The notes under the pieces were generated by a model that was not told the DNA's origin, ran no database searches, and saw only the letters and a program-made list of their open reading frames with translations. 64,000 bases of DNA from the human T2T-CHM13v2.0 reference genome, Homo sapiens: NCBI RefSeq assembly GCF_009914755.1, contig NC_060942.1, one strand, 5' to 3'. The position numbers were made by a program, and so were the translations under genes. The first letter of the stretch is position 1. The number at the start of each line of letters is the position of its first letter. This document shows, in pieces, positions 1-64,000 of this stretch.

Positions 1-3000
1 CTGCCTCAAAGCTTGAACTTGTGGCAAGAAGAACAAGTGAGTTGATACCCGGTGGGATGAAGGAAGGTTCTTCCCCTGGCCTTCGCCTACCTGCAGGCCA
101 TTTGCTGCTTGATCTCCAAGTGGCTCCTTCTCTGAACACCAGTTAGTTTTTTGAAGCACATTTGCACCTCAGGATAAATGTCGTGGCAGCAGGCCTGTGT
201 GCCCTAGGAAGGTTGATGCAGCCTGTGAGCGGGGTGGAGGTAGAAGGAAGATGAAAAGCTGGGGCAACTATGCCAGAGACACACTCACGCTCTGCCCCAG
301 TGAGCCCAAGGGGCAAGAAATGACTGGCTGAACAGACGACTGATTGAAAGAGCAAAAGTACCTCCATGCCAAGTCCCTGCACTGTTGGTGGCCTGGTTGC
401 GTGTGCGCCAGAGGCAGCTGTGATATGGGCAAGCAGAGCACCCTAGAGCAAGAGCCTCCTCCCCCACAAGTCCTTGGGCAAGTCACTTAACCTTCGCACA
501 CCTCCATCTTCTCCTGGGTTAGTGCCTCACACTGCCCGTCCTCGGGAAGAAGTGGACCCAACCACACGAGGGATGGAAGTGCCAACAGGAGGGTGCTGCA
601 GCTACTCGGGCAAGCCACTCCTCCCATGCTTCCTCCAAGGAAGCTTCTCTCTTCTCTTTTGGGTGGGAGTGATTCTGTTGAATAATAAAATCGAGAACCG
701 AAGCATTAGAAGGACCCGGGACATGTACTTTCATCCTTGGAACAGTGATAGAACAGAAGTAGTCATGCGGGCTCCTGGGAGATGTGAGGTCTGTCCCAGC
801 AGGGAGCAGCCACATCAAAGAAGGAAGCAGGCAGAGCTTCCAGCAAACAGAGCTCCCTGACTGGGCCTCTTTCCTTCTGTCCACTCAGAAACCATTAGAG
901 TCCAGCCTGATTGCACAAATGGATCTAGACAGCCCCAGGAGGAGCCATCCCGACACAATGCTGCCACAAGTCTGAATAATGCACACATTCACCCTTATGT
1001 ACCCACAGGAGGTCTTCTGGATTTTTATAGCTTGCAGATAAAGATCCAACAACATCTGGATTTTCTCAGATGTGAGAAGCTGGTCATAGATTGGTGTCAT
1101 TTAGAAGACAAAACATGAGATTGATGTGTTTTAAAAGCACGCAGCGGATGCTGCACACAAGAAAGGCGTGGTTAATGAGCACTCCAGGCCTGCGTTTCAG
1201 CAGGGTGTGCCAAAGAATGATGCCTCATGAGGCCTCCTCCATCATCCTCCATGTAGCGCCTGTTGTGTGAGCTGATCCACCGAGCTCCCCACTAGGTGAA
1301 GCATGAGTTGTCGGAGGTCTGGGAGAAAGGAGCAGCTGTCTCTGCCGTGGCTGCTGCAGGGACACTGTGTAGGCTCTGTGCCCTGGTCTGCATCAGAGGC
1401 TGGGGCCTGGGGCGCCCCAGTGGGGACTTGCAGACGATAGCTTTAGCTGTTGAAAGGCTGCAGTGAAAACACCAGCTCTGGCAACTGATCCTGCTTTTCA
1501 ACATTGTCTGCAATGTTGTGTCTCATAAATATAATATACTAGCAGAGATATTGACAGTTGAGGGTGTTAACTTTCTTAGCCTGTGTGTTCATTCCAGACA
1601 GCACCAGAGATAATCAAACTGACTTCTTTGGTTTTCATCACATGAAACCATGGCTGTTTTGTTTTTCTGCTGAATGCCTGCTCCCAGCTGTAGCCCTGGC
1701 CCAGCCGCCTTCCTGGGAGAGGGCTGGGCAGGACAGAGCTGAGGGTGGGCAGGTGCAGCTGGGACTTCCCTCCCTCTGTTCTGCCCTATGCCCATCCTTA
1801 GTCCAAGGGCTGGGTATTGTTCTTTGGTGATTTTCTTATGTTTCCAGGTTGCCTTTTAGGGGAAGCTTGTTCATTCCCAGCCCTCACTGGCTGACCCACC
1901 TCAAAGACCAGGGCTGGCCAGCCCCTTCCGCAGCCTCAGAGCAGCTCTCTAGCCTCCAGGGGTTTGTCCTGTTGTAGGAGCAGGTTGCATCCTGTGCCTC
2001 TCCCTGCAGCTTTCACTGCTCTTGCCTAATTAAATAATCTGTAGTTTCCAGGACAGTGGCAGAGGCTGATGGAGGAGGGAGGGTTTTTGCTCCTTAAGAA
2101 TCATGAGATCATGGAGCAGAAAGTTACCCCCTCCTCTTGAATCACTTAAAGTATTGTGCCCTGGGGCTTAGAGCTAGGGATCCTAGCTGCCAGTGCTTGG
2201 AGATGAGAATTGCTGAAGATTTGCCCAAGGGGCATCAGTAGCTTTTGTGGAGTAATGCTAGCCAGTGATGCTTTTGATATTTCAGCACAGTTTAGTAGAT
2301 GATTTATGGAACCAAGCAGTGGCTCCAGATAACAAGGATCCTAGGCAGGTATGGGTCAGTAAGTCGGACAGGGTGTTATTAGGCCTCCCTAGTGGAAGAG
2401 TCTCTTGGATAGGAAGCCTTAAGCCTGGGAAGGCAATTAGGGTTTCAGAGTTTCATTTACTGTCCTCAAATATACATTAAGCCCTACTTTGTCCTCTGCA
2501 CAAAGATGTATTTGATGATCCCCAGTGGCACAGAGCTAATCCTGCCTGGGGGTTAATCCTGCAGTTTAATCTCCTGTTCATTTCTGTCTGACTTGAGTAC
2601 CCGGGGTCCATCAGTCTTGTCCATCATTTCCAGGTGAGGCGGAGCAGAGGTTTAATGGAGGTGTGGGATGTTTGCATTACGCTAGGTCAATTCCATTGTC
2701 CTTAAAAAATGAGAACCTTTCTGATTTGAAAAAAAAAAAAATTAATCTTGACTATTTGGGGGAATGGAAAAAAAATCTATAAACAAAAACATAAAGTCAT
2801 CCATAATTCTATTCCCCATTGATAAGACCTGTTAGCGTTTTAGTGTATTTGCTTCCAAACATTTCCAAGACAAAAATATTTAATCTTGTTGAGATGATAT
2901 TAAGTATATATTTTTAATCCTACATTTAAAAGGTGAATGTTTTATGAAAAATTTTGTCATTAAAATTTTTTAGTAATCACGATTTTTAATGGCTACACAA

Positions 3001-3698
3001 TATTATATTAACTTTTAGTGCAAATGAAAATTTATGTGCCTGATTTCTTTCTTCCCAACATTTTATTTTGAAAATTTTCAAACAGATAGCAAAAAGAGTT
3101 CTGTAGTGAAAACACCTGTTATCCCCACCATTCACACTGTATGTTAACATTGTACTATACTTGGTTTATCACATGTCTGTCTACCCATCTTTTTATTCAT
3201 TTACCCATCGTATTTTTTGGTGCATTTGAAAATAAATGGTAGATGCCTATTCACTTTCTCCAAAATACATGTTGTTAACTAGAGCTAAATTTTTGTTTAT
3301 ATCTTTTTTGAGTAAACTCGTGGACAGAAATGCACAGATCTTAGTTCACATTCACTGAGTTTTGACAACTGTATATACAAAGTTTTACTACTGTAATGGT
3401 GTACTCTATAATTAGAATCATACTTAAAGTCAAATCAGAGGGTCTGTAGGGTATGTTGGCAGATTAATATAAAATAGTATGAGGAGTAACTCAGAACTTT
3501 CCTATGTGCTCTTTGACAGTTAAATATTTTTTCACATTACATGCATCTGAAAAACTGATGATGGGTTTTCTCTGAAAAGAGGGCAACATTTTAATATATC
3601 ATTTATTTGTATGATTTTTCAGCTTTGTTTTGTTTTCAAAGTAGTTCTAACTCTCTTGCTTTATTTCATGAAACTAGGAAATAATTTGCCTCTCTTGA

Positions 3699-4109
<411 letters not shown>

Positions 4110-5282
4110 TGACAGGCAAATGTCATGTTTCTACAGACTTTTCAACTTTTATAAATGCCCAAGGGCCCATCTGTAGGGGTTTCTCAAATGTAGGATTCTG
4201 ATTCCATATTTCCTACTATGCTCCATGGTATTGCTAAGTGCCAGCATGGATGTGCACAGAGTTGGGATTCTTGCAGTTTGGGGGAAGGATACTTTGTTTT
4301 TGGTGCAGTCATCATTATGGTTTTGTCATGGTCATCAGTTACAATTTTTCTTTGCACTGTAGTTATAATTTACAGTTTTACTTTATTACCTTTGATTTAG
4401 TTTATTTTGCAATGTTTGGTTCAGAGTACTATGTGATAGTATGTTTTAGCCAAAACATACCTAGTTTTTTCCAAAAACTAGGCTTCAAGGTACATATCAC
4501 AAAGGTTAAAATGAGCCAACCAGCTCATATTGCAAAGCAAATGTATGTCATGTTCCCGAGTTTGCATGTGCAGGAGAAAGTGGCATTTGCTAGGGGGTGT
4601 GCTGGGCATCTGTGTCCATCCCAGGTGGCCTGGTGACCCTGACCTTCCACTTGCTGGCCAGGCTGTTGCCTTTGGGGCCTTCCCAAACTCTTTGACTTGG
4701 ATGCTGGGAATCCTGAACCATGCTCTGGCTCATGGCCCCACTCTTCTTTAGCCAAAGTGTCTCAATGTAATTTTCCTCTTCTTTCCCTCATTTACTTATA
4801 ACATTTGTCCTCTAATAATAGTTTTCTGTCTTACTTTTCCAAATAAGGAATTCTGCTGTCTGCAGCCTCAGATCCTTTGAGAAATCATCAGTGCCAACAA
4901 ATATTATTTCATAGCCATGCAGCACCTGCGAATGTAGCAACTTGTAACCATTCCTATAATAGTCCTTTGTGCTCTTTTGCTAAAGAAAGGCAAAGATTTT
5001 TTGGATGAGAAAAATTGGCAATTTGGGGCTAAGAAACCAGAAAACAGCCCAAATATGGGCGATTGGGCTATGAGAGTCCTGGAAGGTAGCTCTGAGGGTC
5101 TGAGGGCTGTGACCTTGAATGTAGGCTTAGGGTTGGGCCCAGGTTGGTGGCCCATCTCCAAGTTTAGGGGATCTTGAAACATTACCCAACTTTTGACTGT
5201 GTTTTAGTTTTCTTGTCTGTTACTCAGTGGTAATAACATATGCCTCCCCAGACTCTTGACAGGATTGAATTAGATTAGATAT

Positions 5283-5641
5283 TGTCTTAGTCAGCTTGGG
5301 CTGCTGTAACAAAATATCACAGGCTAGGGGCTTAAAGAACACATTTATTTCTCACAGTTCTGGAAGCCTCAGAGTCCAGGGTTGAGTTGGGTTCTGGTGA
5401 GGACCTTCTTTCTGGCTTGCAGAAAGCTGCCTTCTCGATGAATCCTCCCGTGGCAGAGGGAGGAAGCTCTGGTGCCTCTTCCTCGTCTTACAAGGACGCT
5501 AATCCCATTGTGGGGGTTCCACCTTCATGACCTCATTGCAACCTAGTTACGTCCCAAAGGCCTCACTTCTAATACCAGCACGTTGAGAATTAGGGCTTCC
5601 ACATAGGAATTTGGGGAGACACAAACATTTAGTCCATAACA
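5283..5641 (-). mobile_element. MaLR solo LTR (MLT1A-like)
   Basis: tgtcttagtc...gggctgctgtaacaaaata...tttatttctcacagttctgga...ggagacacaaacatttagtccataaca. Confidence 0.8.
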
Positions 5642-5720
5642 GATGTGTAAAGAGAGTTTAGCATTGTGCCTGGCATGAGTGGGTGCCCAACACATATGGT
5701 AGTTGTTAATATCATTATCA
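5642..5720 (+). mobile_element. MIR 3' fragment
   Basis: gtgtaaaagagtttagcattgtgcctggca...atatggtagttg. Confidence 0.5.
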
Positions 5721-6116
5721 TCACTGTGCTCTTAACAAGGCCAAGGAGAAAGGGTTTCCTTTGCATTATTGCTAAGGAGGGTTTTCCACTGGATCTGAGA
5801 AGTGGATTTGTTTTTTTGGGTCCTGTTGTGTAATTCCAGTGCAAGGTGAAGCAAGCAGCTCCATGGTGTGAAAGGAAGCAGGCTCCCCGGAACTATTAAA
5901 GGGATAGGTGAAAACATAAATAAATAAATAATACCTCTTATGGCATAATATTTAGAATAAAAACAAATAAAATAAAGGGATGAGTGAACAGGAGGAAGGG
6001 GGAGGAGGCATCTTCCAGCCAGGACATAGTGCCCGTGGCTGAACGAGAGGCTAATTAATTCGCATCCTTCACATCTTCTGGCACTTAAATGACAACTTTA
6101 ATATGGGTAAAATAAT

Positions 6117-6258
6117 CTTTTTTTAAAAATTATTTTATATGATAGAGATGGGGTCTCGCAATGTTGCTCAGGCTACTCTTGAACTCCTGGCCTCAAATGA
6201 TCCCCCTACCTCAGCCTCCCAAAGTGCTGGGATTACAGGCGTGAGCTCCCATGACCGA
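6117..6258 (-). mobile_element. FLAM / Alu left monomer
   Basis: tagagatggggtctcgc...cccaaagtgctgggattacaggcgtgagc; flanked by tttaatatg(g/a)gtaaa..aatctt duplicates. Confidence 0.85.
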
Positions 6259-7539
6259 TTTAATATGAGTAAAGGAATCTTAATAACTTCCTTCTAAAAG
6301 GGAGAAGAAGACCTCTGCACCTTCATTTCCTTAATCTGGTTTTATACCTGTGTGTCTTATAAACTACCCCCCAAAAACCTACAAACTTTCTAAATAATAA
6401 GAATCTGTAAGAATTCTGAAAATTATCAGTCTGCATCTACATCCTCGTTCCCATACTGACTTATAATTTACAGCATCCTAATTTTTATTTGTCTCCTTTT
6501 ATTACCAATCTAAATTTTTTAAAAATTTAGACTTTCAAAGTCTGTCTCTGACACACTTTAGCAATTGAGAGCTTATTAATTTTTCTGAAATTGTGTGGAA
6601 GAAATTGGCCAACTTAAAATAGGAAGCATTAAGAATTGACATGAAAGTCCAAATAATTGCCTAACTTCATATTTTATTTAATCATTTTCAGTACTCAGCA
6701 AGGCATCAGCTTTAGATGGATTCAATTTGGATTCACAAACTTAATTTTTTTTTCTTTTCAGTAGGAATATGCAATTGATTTGCTGGCAATTGATCAGGCT
6801 AAAAGGAGGGAGTAGAATTAGTCACCAGGCAAAGCCCCCACTGGGGGGGTTCCTGTTATTTAATAGTCTGCATTTACCTGTTCCCTTCATTGTTCCTTGG
6901 AAGAGACTCTCCACTGGCTCTCTGAGGCATCCAGAGGAATAAACTGGGCATGACTAATGTACACGCAAATTGTCCTGCACCCGTGGACACTTCACCCAGA
7001 GTCCGGTGGCATCTAGCACGCTACACTGGACGAGACCCTGGCAGGTGGCCATTGAGGAGCCTGCGTGGCTCTGTGCTTGGAGGCACAGTGATTGTTCCTC
7101 ATGACTGCTTGGCACTTGGCCAGGGGACCATATGCCTGGAGTTGTGTAATGCAGTGGGATACCTGGCCAGTTTCCCCAACCCTCAGGGGGCTTCCTGGTC
7201 TTTTTAACCAACCACATATGCATAGGCTATATTCGAAGGACCAAGCTGATGAAAACAATATCAGCTTGTGGGAAGAGACCCAAGAAATCGGTGAATAACT
7301 TCCATTGAATTGTCATTGCAATCCCACATAGGAGATCTGTGATAGTCTCTTTTCTCTGACGTCTTTAAAATACAAGTTTTATTTTCCTGACCTTTTTTTT
7401 TCCATTTTAAAGGAAATAGTACTTACTGTAGATCATTTATGAAAAGCCACAAAGAAAGAAAATGAAAATCACTAATAATTCTGTCACCTGAACATGATGA
7501 CCATTAACATTTGGGGGTGTACTGCTCCAGGCCACTTTC

Positions 7540-7680
7540 CTTATATGTATATATGTTATATATTATTATGTTATATATATGTGTTATATATTAGTATTTA
7601 ATATGTATGTTAACATAAACATACATGTTATGTATATAACATAAAAAGTATGTTATATCTTAAATATAAATATATTTTAA
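7540..7680. repeat. AT-rich (TA)n-like low-complexity tract
   Basis: tatatgtatatatgttatatattattatg... Confidence 0.8.
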
Positions 7681-7787
7681 GCATTTTGAGATCACTAAAT
7701 ATATGCTGTCTGTAACCTGTATTTTCTTTATAGTGTATTATGAGCATTTCCTATATCCTTAAATAGTCTTCAAAAGCATGACTGTGT

Positions 7788-8048
7788 CTAGAAATATAGT
7801 ATACAACATGAGGACTATAATGAGTCCTATTGTATTGTGTACTAGTGATTTGTTAAGAGCATAGCTTTTAGGGATGCTAACCCTAAATAAAATAATAAAA
7901 ATAATAAGAAAGAAAGGTAACTGTATGAGATGATGGTTATGTTGATTTGCCTAACTGTAGCAATCATTTCACTATGTGTATTCTGAGATGAGCATATCAA
8001 AACATCATGTTGTGTATCTTAAATATATACAATAAAATAAAAGGAAAA
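7788..8048 (+). mobile_element. Old L1 3' end (L1MA/L1MB-like)
   Basis: ggtaactgtatgagatgatgg...atcatttcactatg...tatcaaaacatcatgttgt...aaatatatacaataaaa. Confidence 0.75.
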
Positions 8049-8369
8049 AATTGTAATACCTCCATAGTACTCACTCACGATGATAGAAGGTGCGGTGAAG
8101 AGTATTCTCATTTATAAATCTTGGTGCATGTCTCTTGTCCTTAGGGTATGTTCTCAGAGGTGGAATTACACCTCTCAACCTATGCCTTTGTAAGGCCAAG
8201 TTGCACCACCATCCCCCTGCACCCCCTGCCATGCTGCGGGTTTCTCATGCCCCTTCATGTGCACAGAAGTGCCCGTCTCCCTGGGTTCATGCTAACACTG
8301 AGTGCCCTACTTTTTTGAGTCTATAAATGTCTAAGTGAAAAAAAATCTTGTTTTAATTGTCAGTAATTG

Positions 8370-8968
8370 TGTTTATTGGCCGTTTGTTTATTTTATTAAG
8401 ATGTGTTTTCTGTTGCTTGCAAGATACTACTCTTTTGTCTGTCACGTGTTAGAAAAATCTTTTTTCCAGTTTGTCATTTGCCTTTTAATACTATAAGTGG
8501 TTTCTTTTGATGTATTCTTTTTAAAAGTTAAAAATCTTACCAATCTATCAATCTTTTCTCTGGATGTTTCTGCTTTTGTTTCTGTGTTTATAAAGAACAC
8601 ACATCAATTCATCTTTTTTTTCTCGTTCCTTGTATGTTTTTTTGCATCTAAAATTTTAATTCATCTAAGATTTATCTGTATATAGTGTGTGTCTCACCTT
8701 TTTTGATCTCACAATATGTTTAGTTGTTTCACCAACACATACCAAATAGTTCATCCTTTCCTCACTAGTTCAAAATATGACCTGTATTGATTATTAAAAT
8801 CTCATATATTCTTTATTTCTGAGCCTTCTATTTAGTTGCATTAATCTGTCTATCTTATACCAGCACCGAACCATTGTATTGAATTTTTATATCTAATAGC
8901 ACAAATACTGTCATTATTTTTCCTTTTCAAAGTGTTCTTGGCAATTTTCACCAATTTATTTTTCTAAA
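8370..8968 (-). mobile_element. Degenerate L1M fragment
   Basis: T-rich tract with tttttccagtttgtcatttgccttttaa, tctaaaattttaattcatcta and ccagcaccgaaccattgt motifs typical of antisense L1 ORF2. Confidence 0.55.
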
Positions 8969-8969
8969 T

Positions 8970-9152
8970 TGAGGTCAGCAAAGTAGTTTGAGGCTTTGCA
9001 GGCCCCAACAGTTTGTCACTAGTGCTCTACTCCGCCCTCGCAGTGGAGAGCAGCCATAGACAGTGATAAATGAAGCTGTATTCTAATTAAAGTTTGTTTA
9101 CAAAACAGGCTGTGGGTTGATTTGTCCTGAGGGCCATGGTTCGCCAACTTCT
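8970..9152. mobile_element. MER58-like hAT-Charlie MITE
   Basis: gaggtcagcaaa...gcagccatagaca...tttacaaaacaggc...gggccatggttcgccaacttctg, with terminal inverted repeats. Confidence 0.7.
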
Positions 9153-9367
9153 GTTCTTGATGAGTTTTTGAATTACTTTGTCCATTCTTACCACACTCAC
9201 AAACACATACACACACTCTTTTCGAATGTGTGTGTGTGTGTGTGTGTATTTTTTTTTAAGGAATTTGGTTAAAATGACATCATGCTTACAAAATGGTTTG
9301 GAAGAAACATGGCGTCTTTATTACAAGGTCTTCCCATTAGGCAGCATTAAGCATTATTTTATGCTGA

Positions 9368-9760
<393 letters not shown>

Positions 9761-10260
9761 CTGGTTAACTTTAAAACTTTAACCCTTGCAGTGTTTTTCA
9801 TTCTAGTTGCCACTGTGAATGGAGTCTGTGAATGGAGGAGGAGTGTCCCATGACTCCCTGCCTGTTCTGTGATTTGCTAGGAGGATGGCAGGACTCAGGG
9901 CTACAGTTGACAGCCCATAAGCAAGGGGAAGGGACACATGGGGTAGGGGTGGCTAGAAGAGTCCATCCAAGGGCTCCCACCCAGAATGTGCTCTAGCCAC
10001 CAGCCTCATTTGCAGCAGCCCATGATTCTGCGTAGATTTTGTCTCCAGTTCTAGCTTTCATTTTACTTCATTTAGTTTTCTTTCAGTGCGTACATTGGGA
10101 GAATGTGATGAAAGCCAGGGACAGCAGGCTCTGCCCTCACTGCGGGCCCTGATCGCTATTACAGCCCTGGAATTAAGTCCCTTAGGTTAAAGCTTGGGAG
10201 AGAGCCTGCTGATTCATCAGGATTTATCTCACTCAGCTCATTCAAATAAAAGAAACTTCT

Positions 10261-10651
<391 letters not shown>

Positions 10652-11694
10652 TTACCTTTACCTGTTGGAGGATACTGGTTCTCTTTGTAGTGTGACCCAC
10701 TTTACCAAAAAGACTAAAGGAAATAAAGCCTTCTGCAGCTGGGGTTCCTTCCACCTTTGTTAGTCAGGGAGCCTGCTGCCCCTGCTCCATGATGATTCTG
10801 TGACCCTCTTCAGCCCTCTGCTCGGAGGGCCTTCTCTCAGTTATCTATTTTATATTTTCCGGGTCTCCAGCCTCCTAGAGGCTCAGGGGCAGCTAGAATT
10901 TTAACTGTTTCTTAACCTAGGATTCTTCCCACAAATGGCAAGGGCTGGCATTCTGAGAGTGAGGCACTTAAAATGTGAACAGTGCTGAGTTAATGAACTT
11001 AAGTTCTAACTGCGATGTAAGGGACTTGCATAGAGCCTCCTTTGCAAACTCTTCTGATACAGGGTGGGCACCCAGGAATAAAGCCGAGAGAGTCAGGGCT
11101 CTGAGCAGACCTCAGATGAGGCCCTGGACCCCGAGGTGGAACTGCAGAGGGGAGGGAGGTGGGCGTTGGGGACAGTCTCTTTCCTTTCGCAGGCTTGCCT
11201 TGACAGGTCTGGGGCCGGCAGAGCTCTGCTTCCCCACCTGCTTCCTTCTAGCTTTCCTCAGGATTAACTTAATCTTTGCAGATTAAGAGGCTACAAATCC
11301 CTTCATATTCCTCTAGGATGCTTCTCACTCCTCATTTCTTTCTGCCTTCACACTTTCCCTTTGCAGGAGCTGGCATATCTCCCAGTTGGTCTGTTGCAGA
11401 CACCTCTAGGCCCCTTCACTCATACTCCTGTTTGTATTTTCAGATGTATTTGCAATTTCTTGTCTATAATGTAAAACTAGGCAGGGTTCCCAGGCACTGA
11501 AGGACACAGCCAAGGCCTTCATTTCACATGGGAATAAGTTATGAGCTTTGTAAGATCTTTAAGATAGAGGTTTAGCCATGAGTTGGAGTGGGTTTCCTGA
11601 GAATTTCAAAACCTAGTTAGGTTTTCTCTGTAAACAAGGGCCGCCCTTCTCTTCCTTCACACCACTTTTTATCTGGCCACTCAGGAAACACTAG

Positions 11695-12380
<686 letters not shown>

Positions 12381-12800
12381 TCACATTAGCCCAAACAAAA
12401 CATGATTTGGAACGTGAACCAGCTCCAGAAATATGAGTTATCTGTTTCCCAAACTTCCTGCCTTTCTCCTCTTCTTCTTGCCTTCTCTGCACTGTTAAAG
12501 TTATCCCAGCCACTCTCCTTTTTCATTAAACTGAACACTTAAGGAATACCCCAAATACAATAATTAGGATTTTAAGAATCTTAAGATTCAGAGACCTCAT
12601 CTAACTTCTCCAACTGCATTTACACATTGATGCTTCTTGATTCTAAAGCAAGAAACAAATTTACACAAGTTGTTTCTTGATTCTGGTGGGAAACAGCCTC
12701 CGTTCAGTGTGTGTGTCCCCACCCATGGGGACGATGTTTGCTAATGCTGGCTATCACGTGTGAGCCCTTGGTCACAGAATGTCACTTGGATCTATTTCAG

Positions 12801-63926
<51,126 letters not shown>

Positions 63927-64000
63927 CCCTGCCCGCCTCACGCTGTAAGTGCTTCCTTCCTTGTTTCCCAACTGTCTGGAGAGGTCGTGTTGTGTAACTC

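Overview
Primate (almost certainly human) genomic DNA rich in Alu, L1, MIR, L2 and MaLR repeats. It carries the 3' three-quarters of one + strand gene that I recognise from its protein sequence as MTCL1 (SOGA2/KIAA0802, microtubule crosslinking factor 1; chr18p11 from recall). I assembled 12 core exons by hand from GT-AG boundaries, 12801 to the stop at 63926. They join in frame to about 1467 aa ending ...GPMENQTVLLTAPWGL*, and the 5' exons lie upstream of the window. Every intron is phase 0 except the one after a 32-nt microexon. The best candidate for something undescribed is the intron after the SOGA-domain exon (19811-20903), which hides two separate in-frame, stop-terminated hydrophobic tails. 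One is a donor read-through tail followed by a plausible intronic polyA site. The other is a strong-acceptor exon resembling, from memory, the transmembrane terminal exon of the paralog SOGA3/MTCL3. Together they suggest a splice/polyA switch making tail-anchored MTCL1 isoforms. Other candidates are extra cassette exons (14001, 14772, 44425 derived from a DNA transposon, 63337), a tandem LC8-type QT motif array, inverted Alu pairs and a 75-bp dispersed duplication. No RNA genes, CRISPR arrays or prokaryotic systems were seen. Repeat subfamily calls and paralog comparisons are from recall and need RepeatMasker/BLAST confirmation.
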